From assembly GCA_000002435.2 (NCBI GenBank), contig CM018793.1: a stretch of 64,000 nt of DNA; one strand, given 5' to 3'. The notes under the pieces were generated by a model that was given only the letters and a program-made list of their open reading frames with translations, was not told the origin of the DNA and searched no databases. Positions 9,935-18,511 of this stretch are shown here, in pieces. The DNA comes from Giardia intestinalis. Taxonomy: Eukaryota. A program made the translations under genes and the position numbers. Every line of letters begins with the position of its first letter. The stretch's first letter is position 1.

Positions 9935-10471
9935 TTACTTGGGAGGCGCCCCAAAATTGAAGCCTCCCGGCGGGACGGAGGGGGTGCCTCCGGTCTTCTT
10001 CCCCAAACCAATCTTAATCTTTTCACCACTCTTGAGAGAGAAGTCTTGATTCACGACTATCTGCGCAGGGGGATGGGCCTTCCGATCCAATAGCTTTCCA
10101 TGATCTGCCAGGGCTGCTTGGAAAGCAAATGCGCCATCACGCTCCTGAAATCCTATTCCGATAAATGCCATCTTGGCTCCAGTCGGGTCTTTGACCACGA
10201 TGACAAAATAACGCGAAGAGTCCGACGCCTTCTCAACCACCGGAACTGTCCCCTTGTACTCTATGGGAAAGCGTGCTGCCTCTGCGCCTGTGTCTGGGGC
10301 CACAAGGGAGACGGAGCAGGCCTCCCCCTTGGAGATGATGCTGAGGTTGCCCTGGAAAATCACCCACTCACCAGGCCAATCAGCGCACTTAAACGAGCTT
10401 AAGTTGAGCGTCGGTGGAAGCTTGTATGCGACAACTTGGGTTACCGTTGCCAGCACTTGCTCGAACTCCAT
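9935..10471 (-). CDS. NECAP-like (adaptin ear-binding coat-associated protein, PHear/DUF1681 domain)
   Basis: [41 protein letters not shown] matches the NECAP core ([40 protein letters not shown]). Glycine/proline-rich tail. Confidence 0.75.
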   Translation of the reverse strand: [178 protein letters not shown]

Positions 10472-10532
10472 GCCTTTTTATTTTTCATAAGAATGATTTA
10501 ATGTAAATTGCCATTGGAAACCGAAGTTTCTG

Positions 10533-11186
10533 ATGGCTTCTTTCTTGACTGGTGGAACAGTTGTCGCGGTGGCACACAAAGACGGTGTCCTGATGGCAGC
10601 TGATACTGTGCTGAACTATGGCAGCACGCGCAGGACTGACAATTACGAGCGTATCATTCCTGTCGGTACACACACACTCATAGGGTTTACTGGGGATGAG
10701 GCCGACTTTAAAGACAGTCTATATACCTTGAAGTCTATGCACCGCGAGGCCCGGTGCCACGGGACACCTCCCCCTAGCACGAGAGAGATCCACGGCTTCC
10801 TTGCCACACGTAACTACAGCTCTCGCTTGGAAATGGACCCAATTTACAATGGATACATTATTGGAGGATGCGAGCCAGGGGAGAGCCCTTACATCGGAGT
10901 CGTTGATCTGCGTGGGACTCAGTTTACAGCGAGCTTCTTTGCTACTGGAATGGGGAGACACTACGCTTTGCCTGTTTTGCGCGAAGGGTGGAAGCCAGGC
11001 ATCTCTAAGGACGAGGCGGTGGCCCTTCTGTTAGAAAGTCTTAAAACGCTAGCCTTCAACGATGCTGCTGCAGGATCTTCGTTCATAATCTGTGAGGCTA
11101 CAAGCGACGGAACGCACATTGGCCCTGTTCAAACCCTCGACCTCGACTGGTCGTCCGCTGCATACAAGGACTCGGCAGTAAACTGA
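10533..11186 (+). CDS. proteasome subunit beta type-7 (PSMB4/Pre4-like, non-catalytic)
   Basis: AADTVLNYGS...GDEADF...SRLEMDPIYNGYIIGGCEPGESPYIGVVDLRG...FATGMGRHYALPVLRE aligns with human PSMB4 (AADMLGSYGS...GDYADF...[32 protein letters not shown]...ATGYGAYLAQPLLRE). Confidence 0.8.
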   Translation: MASFLTGGTVVAVAHKDGVLMAADTVLNYGSTRRTDNYERIIPVGTHTLIGFTGDEADFKDSLYTLKSMHREARCHGTPPPSTREIHGFLATRNYSSRLEMDPIYNGYIIGGCEPGESPYIGVVDLRGTQFTASFFATGMGRHYALPVLREGWKPGISKDEAVALLLESLKTLAFNDAAAGSSFIICEATSDGTHIGPVQTLDLDWSSAAYKDSAVN

Positions 11187-11476
11187 ACTTTACTTGCTAT
11201 CCAAGACCCGCAAGAGAACAAAACCATATCTATTCCGGCTCTTATTCTGGCTCAAGAGCGCCCCCGGGCGCTGAGGAGCTGGTGGTCTAAATTCCATGGA
11301 CCTGGTCATCAAAGACTACACCTTTTGGCCTACTGTTAGCTAACGGCAGCACATCTACAGGATGGACCAACGCCGTTGGAAGAAGGAAAACCACTAACCA
11401 TTTGAGGCCCAGGAACAAGCAGGTCGTAAACGAGGCAGACGACCGAGCAACGATGATGCAAAGGTCGACGGAAAGA

Positions 11477-11483
11477 ATTCACT
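11477..11483 (-). terminator. putative polyadenylation signal AGTGAAT (AGTRAAY class)
   Basis: Lies 4 nt downstream of the tubulin TAA on the coding strand. Confidence 0.5.
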
Positions 11484-11486
11484 CGC

Positions 11487-12851
11487 TTAGTAGGCGTCGT
11501 CCTCCTCCATGTCCTCGCCCTCGCCGTCGCCAAGGGTCTCGGCGCCGATCTCCTCGTAGTCCTTCTCGAGGGCGGCGAGGTCCTCGCGGGCCTCGGAGAA
11601 CTCGCCCTCCTCCATGCCCTCACCGACGTACCAGTGCACGAAGGCGCGCTTGGCGTACATCAGGTCGAACTTGTGGTCCATGCGGGACCAAACCTCGGCG
11701 ATGGCCGTCGTGTTGGAGATCATGAGGCAGGAGCGCTGGACCTTCGCAAGGTCGCCGCCGGGGATGACGGTCGGGGGCTGGTAGTTGATGCCGACCTTGA
11801 AGCCTGTCGGGCACCAGTCGACGAACTGGATCGTGCGCTTCGTCTTGATGACCGCGATGGCCGCGTTGACGTCCTTCGGGACGACGTCGCCGCGGTACAT
11901 CATGCAGCACGCCATGTACTTGCCGTGGCGGGGGTCGCACTTGACCATCATGTTCGCCGGCTCGAAGACGGAGTTGGTGAGCTCGGCGACGGAGAGCTTC
12001 TCGTGGTACGCCTTCTCGGACGAGATGATGGGCGCGTACGAGCAGAGCGGGAAGTGGATGCGCGGGTACGGGACGAGGTTCGTCTGGAACTCCGTCAGGT
12101 CGACGTTGAGGGCGCCGTCGAAGCGGAGCGAGGCTGTGATCGAGGAGATGCACTGGGCAATCAGGCGGTTGAGGTTCGTGTATGTCGGGCGCTCGATGTC
12201 GAGGTTGCGGCGGCAGATGTCGTACATGGCCTCGTTGTCGACCATGAAGGCGCAGTCGGAGTGCTCAAGCATCGAGTGCGCGGCGAGGATCGTGTTGTAC
12301 GGCTCGACGACGGCCGTCGCGATCTGGGGCGAGGGGTAGACGACGAACTCGAGCTTGGACTTGCGGCCGTAGTCGACGCTCAGGCGCTCGAGGAAGAGGG
12401 ACCCGAAGCCGGCGCCCGTGCCTCCTCCGAAGGAGTGGAAGATCAGGAAGCCCTGGAGCCCGGAGCAGTTGTCTGCGAGCTTGCGGACGCGGTCGAGGAC
12501 GAGGTCGACGATCTCCTTGCCGATCGTGTAGTGCCCGCGGGCGTAGTTGTTGGCGGCGTCCTCCTTGCCGGAGATCAGTTGCTCGGGGTGGTAGAGCTGG
12601 CGGTACGAGCCCGCGCGGACCTCGTCGACGACCGTGGGCTCGAGGTCAACGAAGACCGCGCGCGGGACGTGCTTGCCGGCGCCCGTCTCCGAGAAGAACG
12701 TGTTGAACGCGTCGTCGCCGCCCCCGATCGTCTTGTCGGACGGCATCTGGCCGTCGTGCTGGATCCCGTGCTCGAGGCAGTAGAGTTCCCAGCAGGCGTT
12801 GCCGATCTGGACTCCGGCCTGGCCGATGTGGACCGAGATGCACTCACGCAT
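11487..12851 (-). CDS. alpha-tubulin
   Basis: [31 protein letters not shown]...[11 protein letters not shown]...[11 protein letters not shown]...EEDDAY(454 aa) is canonical alpha-tubulin. Very GC3-rich codon usage. AAATAAAAATG initiator. AGTGAAT polyA motif 4 nt after the stop. Confidence 0.95.
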   Translation of the reverse strand: MRECISVHIGQAGVQIGNACWELYCLEHGIQHDGQMPSDKTIGGGDDAFNTFFSETGAGKHVPRAVFVDLEPTVVDEVRAGSYRQLYHPEQLISGKEDAANNYARGHYTIGKEIVDLVLDRVRKLADNCSGLQGFLIFHSFGGGTGAGFGSLFLERLSVDYGRKSKLEFVVYPSPQIATAVVEPYNTILAAHSMLEHSDCAFMVDNEAMYDICRRNLDIERPTYTNLNRLIAQCISSITASLRFDGALNVDLTEFQTNLVPYPRIHFPLCSYAPIISSEKAYHEKLSVAELTNSVFEPANMMVKCDPRHGKYMACCMMYRGDVVPKDVNAAIAVIKTKRTIQFVDWCPTGFKVGINYQPPTVIPGGDLAKVQRSCLMISNTTAIAEVWSRMDHKFDLMYAKRAFVHWYVGEGMEEGEFSEAREDLAALEKDYEEIGAETLGDGEGEDMEEDDAY

Positions 12852-12896
12852 TTTTATTTCCGCCCGTCCAGACTCTGGAATTTGCTGATTTGAATT
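12852..12896 (-). promoter_or_regulatory. alpha-tubulin AT-rich initiator/promoter region
   Basis: The 45-bp spacer between the stop of the upstream (-) giant gene and the tubulin ATG reads gaaataaaaATG on the coding strand, as is typical for Giardia core promoters. Confidence 0.5.
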
Positions 12897-15800
12897 CTAA
12901 ATTGTTTTCTGCTCCAGAAGAAGCTCGACGCTCTCTGGAGAAAAGTTGACGAGAGAGGCCTCGGTCGGGGTGTAGTAGATTCTAACACCATGCCTGCTGC
13001 TCCCTGCCTTACTAGGAACAAATCCGATAAACTGGAATACGAGCAAAACTAATTCCACAGGGGTCATATTGTGTAGAGTGATGTATGAGCCAGCGCATCG
13101 AGCCAGCACCTTCTCAAAGATCAAAAACCATCCCGGAGTTACATCTTCTCCAATTCCAAGAAAGGCTGGTTTCGCGACCTCATTGGTTCTCATTACAGGG
13201 ACCTTGTCTGATACGAGCACGTACCCCTGGGGTGACCTAAACGACAAGATAGTCTCTCTGCCCATTAGCTTGAATTGCTCTGTAGCATGCAGGGCGTCAC
13301 AGATCTCAAATAGTGCCCGTAAAAGCTTGGCATTGGCACTATGTTTAGCTGCAAGATCCTCCACGTCCACAGACGGTTTCATAGGATCAGGCATGCCATC
13401 CAGTCGCGAAGCAGGGGTGTTAATGATAATGTTCTTGTGGATAACTGGGCCTAATGGCCGAGCGGACTTCTTGGCCTCACCCTGTTTGCCCTTGCGTGTT
13501 CCATCCTGTTGCTGGATCGGAGGACACGCACTAAGGAGCTTCTCAGCGCTCAGGGGTTGTTCATACGATACCATGTGAAGCGAAGAAAGAGAAACCATGC
13601 ACGCAGATACGAGGTCCTTTTGGACTCCTTCGTCAAAGGCCCGTATTTCCAATTCCAAACCAACCTCTTTGGATGGCTTCCCATCGGCAGCTAAGCATGC
13701 GCATAGGAGAGAGTATGCTGGGAGAGGATCCATCCAGTAATAGATACCATCATAAGGGATGTCAATAAGGCAATCCAGCTGACAAAGAGGGGTTTGCTCA
13801 GGCCCCTGTTTCTTGGTTGTTGAGAACGTCTTTGACCCGCTCTTAAGAGATGCCAGCTCACCGCGTTCTGTCTGATCCTTCATTGTTTGGTCATTTTCTT
13901 TTGCTTTTAGTAAGTGTAGCTCCTCTCCTTTAGAAATCAATAGTTTGCGAGTCAGCTGGTTGAGGTACGAAGCCTTGAGACGAGGTATGCTCAGCTCTTT
14001 CTGCGGAGACAAAGAAGCAAAGATATGCACACCATCACTGTATAGCCAACACCCGTTTCCCTCGTCTTCTCGATAGCCATCAGCTAATAAGGTCAAGACG
14101 CCTGTGGAAACAGGATGCCCTGGAAGACTCTCATGCCCAGCGAAATCAGCATACAGATCCGATGACGGATCCAGCCTTATGTCCGACTGCTGCGAAGAAT
14201 ACTGCTCAACATGTCCAATGTCAAAGCAGGAACGCAGGTCTTGCGCCTGCTGTAGAATAAGAGCATTATTGCCCCGCGTGCTGGGACGAGGCGGTGCAAC
14301 AGCCAAATTCTCTGTCTCTGGAAGGTCAATGTCGTCGTAAAGCTCAAGGAAATCAAGCCGTTGGTGTACCTTTGTAGAGCCATGCGACTTTGCTCGGCTA
14401 GGAGTGAAGCGGCCGCTATTTAAGCGCACATTTTCCACATTTTCCTGAGACAAGCCAACAAAGGGAGCGCCCTGTGGGGACAGCTGAGTAGGATCCCTTT
14501 GCTTTGTAGCAGGAGCATCACCGAGGGTAGTAAGGTTAAGGGTCGATGTTTTGGCAGAATCAGAGGGGCAGAGACTAGTTTTTATGCTTGAAACCGTCTG
14601 CCCATTGTGCTGCTTGCTCGTATCTGTTACACACGACACGCCAGAAAGCGTAGTATGCATGTTGGAATTATCGACGATTGGGGCTGAAAACAGTGCGGCG
14701 GCCAAGTCAAGCTCAGCAGGCCGAACAGCTTTCAGCGTGACGTACTCACAAAGAGATAGGTGGACGCATAATAAGCATCTCTGCAAGACGGCCTCAAGAA
14801 AAGAAATGGATGTTTGGCGTTCCTTCATGGACGCGTTCTGTTCTTGGGATAGCTTGGACGTGAAGCCGGTGGTAAGTGCCACTTGAAAGGCATCGCCCAG
14901 TGTGTGGGTCATCGAAAGAAATTGCAGAGGCACAACAACTTCGCCGAGAGAAATGTAATTGGGAAAAGGAACAGGTCGAAAGACAAGACACTGGGTGGTA
15001 CCAATCTGCACGGTGGCCAGATAGCAAACTTCTGCCGGTCTGGCGAACGACCCGTTGCTAGTTGTGCTCACAGCATTCGGTAAAGTGTTCCTTACAACTG
15101 GAATTAGATCTAATGAGGTGGAAACGTGTCTCGTTCCAAAGGTGAGCCACCGTGGGTCAACAAGAGTTGCCAAGCACTGCTTCATAGAAGCGTTCTCCAA
15201 CGACCCTTCTCTTGGGGGAGGAGGTTCTGAAGCGGAAGACGGAGGAAGCCCATCTGGTCGTTTTCCCGAGGTAGTCCTGGGTAACTTAGACGCGCCTTCA
15301 ACTTCACCATGTAAAGCTTGCTTTTCCTTAGGCACTTTCATAGTTGAATTTTCTACCACGGCTTGGTTGTCAGCACTAGTCGCTGTGGTGGTTATGATGG
15401 ATTTTGTGGTTAATAGAAGCCCTGGTTTCTTAAGCTCTGATATCTCTTGCAGAAGCGATGCAAGTCGATTGACCCCGGGTGAGCCGCACTCAAACCTCTC
15501 ATCAACTATTATTTGGCCAGTGCTGTCTTGCAAGAGCTCAAGGGTCAACTCGAAGGACAGAGGCATTGCTCTGAATGCTTCTACTAAGGTACTCACGTTA
15601 TTCTGCTCGTTCTGCTCACCTATCTTGGGCTGGCGTTGACTGCTCACAGCTGTTAACAGTTGAGCCTTTATAATCCAGACTGTCGATGAAACGGGTGGAA
15701 AGTCTAACACCTTCATTGCTTTCTGTGCATCATTGTCACTGAATCGTGTCAAATTGAAATATGCCATGCCAGAGTGGTCTTTGTTAGATAGTGGCGCAAA

Positions 15801-18440
15801 TGGATGTGGACGTCTCAGAGCAATCAAGTATTGCTTGTCAAAATTGGCAACTTGAGGAAGCCGTATCCCACTATGAACATGAAACGCGGTTGCTCGGGAG
15901 ACAAACGCCAACGAAACACAGCAGTATCGAGACTTGCACGGGATCTCACCACTGAGAGATACCACATAGCCTAAGGCAGCGTAGCCCAGCTGAGGAATCA
16001 TTTCGTAGACAACAATTTTAGTGTCCGTCTCTAGATCTTCTGAAGACCAAACAGGAACGAGTGCATCCGGCTCAGAAAAGATGTATGAATCGAAACCGGA
16101 CGACTTTGAAATCAGTCCGAGCTCTAATGGGAGCACTGGCGGTATTGATTCCGCCTTGCTTGCCTGTGAAGTAATGGCTTGCGGTTCGGGTTCTTGCACG
16201 TGCTGCACATTCTTCGCTGATCCAGCACGTGGATTGCTGCTTGTCTTTGTAGTTGGCTGTTGGGGCGTAGGAGGTTTCAATGGCTGGGCGGTGGTCACTG
16301 CCTGCTTATCCCAATAGATTATGGATCCAAAGCAAGAGTAAGAGGGCTTTTTGAGGCTGGGTTCTAAAAATTGAAGCTTGTGTGTTGGAAGATCTAGAGT
16401 AGCTATTTTGACATACTCTTGTTCAATTGTAACTCCTGACATAAAATCTTTGGAGGATATCGAGGTAGCAGAGAAAATAAAGTTGAGGATAGCAGGTGAT
16501 ATGATGGGATATTTCGGAGAAGCGGATTTATCGGGCTCTAGCTCGTCGACCTTAGGGTCATTCACAAATATGAAAGGCGACCCTCGGGGAGTCACCAGTT
16601 GAACTGCTCGTGCCGTTGGTCGCACAAGCTGATCTAAATCCGCGACTTCAGACAAGTCAGAAAGAGCTGCTGATCGACTTTCCAATCTACTATCACCCGT
16701 GACACAGCTTCTTACGGCATCCTGACGTTCTGTACAAGCCGTCCCAGTTCTTGTTGTTGTTGTTGTTGTTGTTGTTGTTGCTGTCGTAGATGGCTCGTTG
16801 CCAAACGCCATCTGTGTATTGCTGCGTAGCGGAGACTCGGGTACGTTATGCAACGCTGTAGCCTCTACTCTTAAACCGAGCTGAGAAGAATAGGAGGGCG
16901 GAGGCAACGGAACATCTGTTAGTATCGGTCGTGTGAACCTATCCGCTGTAGTAACATCAGTCCTATTATCAGCAAAGCATAAGGTTGCTGCTTTTCTGCG
17001 CTCTTCAAGCATTTTGCTCTGGGTCTTAAGAAAACGGTAACAATATTCAGCTGAGTCTCTATCGTAAAGCTCTCCGATGATAGAGCAAGCATCTGTGTAT
17101 GTTATGTACTTGTTGTTCACCGTCAATACGCTGGCTGGATTTGGAGGCTCCCCCATCTCATCTCCAAGGACAACAGACACGGCAGTGTACCCAGCCGGTG
17201 CAACTGGCGCATACAGATATGTGTATGTCACTTGCTGAGGCTCCCTTGCTGCCCTGTGTGCCGCAGCCCTGGCATCATCCAGAGTGGTGCTTTCCGATGC
17301 ATATGAGATGGATGACTCACGATCATTAAGAGCTCCTTTGCTGCTATTCTTCTCTGGAGGAGCAAAGCTACTGGGCATAACGGCTACCAAGTTAAATCCT
17401 ATGCAAGGCACAAAGATCTCGTGAACGAGCTCAGGAGTGATGATAGAAGCGCTTGCATCAGCGTGGTTGGAATCACTCTCTTGGGAGAGCATTGCCAAGA
17501 CAGAGTCGTGTGGGACCACGGAGTTTTTAGTGCCTACACTATCGCCAAAGCGTGGGCCTCGTGCGGGCTTCACCAAGTACACTGTTGTTAGGTCATCATC
17601 TATCTCTGGAAGGTCATCAATGAAGCGGCTTGTAAGGCCAGATTTGGAAAAGCGGCTCATATTCATACCACCGGCCATACTAGCCGAGGAAAGGCGGATG
17701 GATCGGGACGAACCTATCTTAGGAGTTGCGATAGAGCGAGTGGACTTGGAATCAGTGTCACTTATGACTTTGTACAACGTAAGCCTAAGTAGGACATGCC
17801 TATCTACCGCAGGGTCCACCCGGCGGCTCTTTGGTCTCGGAATGTAGTCAAATAGTCGCGAAATCACTGGGATGTCTCTTACAACAGCCTGTCTTTGGAG
17901 CGAAAGGAGGAACATAGGATGAAGAACTGGAAGATAGTTGTTCACGCTGAAGCTGAAGTAATGAGAGCGAATTAGGCTGAAATTTGGAGTTATCGGAGAG
18001 CGAAGTATAAGATACGAGAAGGAGTTGATGTCATCTTCTTGTGGTTGAGCCGCAAACTCAGACCGTATGCAGTAAAAGTTGTCTGGGGGGTGCTCGGTAA
18101 TTGAGACGCAAAGTCCGAGCGCTGTGAAGCCGGAAGGCGGCACAGGAAGCCATATGCGCAGGAAAGAATTCGTCACGGTTCCCAATAAACGTGCTTCAAA
18201 GAGAAGACGAAATGATAACGGCTTAGTGTACATAGTTCCATAAGTTTGGCTGATAGGGTTTATTATCAGTATTTGAGTACCAATTGTATCGCTAGGATCG
18301 ACTCGAAGAAGGTCATAGAAGTAGCCAGAACCACGCGGAAGAACCGGTCTATTGAAGCACAAAATCTGATCCGAAAGAGACCCTTCAATTCTTCCTATCT
18401 CAGTAGATATGTTAGTCAATGTAAAAGACGCAGTGTACAT
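12897..18440 (-). CDS. giant hypothetical protein (1847 aa) with internal poly-Thr tract
   Basis: Uninterrupted ATG-initiated ORF. A 70-bp divergent spacer separates it from the 18512 gene. No recognisable catalytic motifs. Contains the (TTG)10-encoded TTTTTTTTTT run. Confidence 0.6.
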   Translation of the reverse strand: MYTASFTLTNISTEIGRIEGSLSDQILCFNRPVLPRGSGYFYDLLRVDPSDTIGTQILIINPISQTYGTMYTKPLSFRLLFEARLLGTVTNSFLRIWLPVPPSGFTALGLCVSITEHPPDNFYCIRSEFAAQPQEDDINSFSYLILRSPITPNFSLIRSHYFSFSVNNYLPVLHPMFLLSLQRQAVVRDIPVISRLFDYIPRPKSRRVDPAVDRHVLLRLTLYKVISDTDSKSTRSIATPKIGSSRSIRLSSASMAGGMNMSRFSKSGLTSRFIDDLPEIDDDLTTVYLVKPARGPRFGDSVGTKNSVVPHDSVLAMLSQESDSNHADASASIITPELVHEIFVPCIGFNLVAVMPSSFAPPEKNSSKGALNDRESSISYASESTTLDDARAAAHRAAREPQQVTYTYLYAPVAPAGYTAVSVVLGDEMGEPPNPASVLTVNNKYITYTDACSIIGELYDRDSAEYCYRFLKTQSKMLEERRKAATLCFADNRTDVTTADRFTRPILTDVPLPPPSYSSQLGLRVEATALHNVPESPLRSNTQMAFGNEPSTTATTTTTTTTTRTGTACTERQDAVRSCVTGDSRLESRSAALSDLSEVADLDQLVRPTARAVQLVTPRGSPFIFVNDPKVDELEPDKSASPKYPIISPAILNFIFSATSISSKDFMSGVTIEQEYVKIATLDLPTHKLQFLEPSLKKPSYSCFGSIIYWDKQAVTTAQPLKPPTPQQPTTKTSSNPRAGSAKNVQHVQEPEPQAITSQASKAESIPPVLPLELGLISKSSGFDSYIFSEPDALVPVWSSEDLETDTKIVVYEMIPQLGYAALGYVVSLSGEIPCKSRYCCVSLAFVSRATAFHVHSGIRLPQVANFDKQYLIALRRPHPFAPLSNKDHSGMAYFNLTRFSDNDAQKAMKVLDFPPVSSTVWIIKAQLLTAVSSQRQPKIGEQNEQNNVSTLVEAFRAMPLSFELTLELLQDSTGQIIVDERFECGSPGVNRLASLLQEISELKKPGLLLTTKSIITTTATSADNQAVVENSTMKVPKEKQALHGEVEGASKLPRTTSGKRPDGLPPSSASEPPPPREGSLENASMKQCLATLVDPRWLTFGTRHVSTSLDLIPVVRNTLPNAVSTTSNGSFARPAEVCYLATVQIGTTQCLVFRPVPFPNYISLGEVVVPLQFLSMTHTLGDAFQVALTTGFTSKLSQEQNASMKERQTSISFLEAVLQRCLLCVHLSLCEYVTLKAVRPAELDLAAALFSAPIVDNSNMHTTLSGVSCVTDTSKQHNGQTVSSIKTSLCPSDSAKTSTLNLTTLGDAPATKQRDPTQLSPQGAPFVGLSQENVENVRLNSGRFTPSRAKSHGSTKVHQRLDFLELYDDIDLPETENLAVAPPRPSTRGNNALILQQAQDLRSCFDIGHVEQYSSQQSDIRLDPSSDLYADFAGHESLPGHPVSTGVLTLLADGYREDEGNGCWLYSDGVHIFASLSPQKELSIPRLKASYLNQLTRKLLISKGEELHLLKAKENDQTMKDQTERGELASLKSGSKTFSTTKKQGPEQTPLCQLDCLIDIPYDGIYYWMDPLPAYSLLCACLAADGKPSKEVGLELEIRAFDEGVQKDLVSACMVSLSSLHMVSYEQPLSAEKLLSACPPIQQQDGTRKGKQGEAKKSARPLGPVIHKNIIINTPASRLDGMPDPMKPSVDVEDLAAKHSANAKLLRALFEICDALHATEQFKLMGRETILSFRSPQGYVLVSDKVPVMRTNEVAKPAFLGIGEDVTPGWFLIFEKVLARCAGSYITLHNMTPVELVLLVFQFIGFVPSKAGSSRHGVRIYYTPTEASLVNFSPESVELLLEQKTI
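16751..16780. repeat. (TTG)10 trinucleotide microsatellite inside the CDS (encodes poly-Thr on the minus strand)
   Basis: Direct read: ttgttgttgttgttgttgttgttgttgttg. Confidence 0.9.
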
Positions 18441-18511
18441 GAGTGTTTTGGGACGAGTGCCAAAAGAAAAAATCAGCTTTTTAGATTTTGCGTTGAGGAG
18501 AAAGCGTGGAT

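Noticed and set aside
11634-12893. A 419-aa plus-strand ORF, with minus-strand ORFs 11620..12153 and 12575..12847, overlapping alpha-tubulin
   Set aside because: They lie antisense or out-of-frame to an unambiguous alpha-tubulin CDS. They have Arg/Ala/Gly/Val-rich compositions typical of ORFs induced by GC3-biased codon usage, and no homology.
13069-15639. Plus-strand ORFs of 169, 61, 78, 111 and 194 aa inside the 1847-aa minus-strand gene
   Set aside because: They are embedded antisense in a long, continuous ORF, low-complexity, and short.
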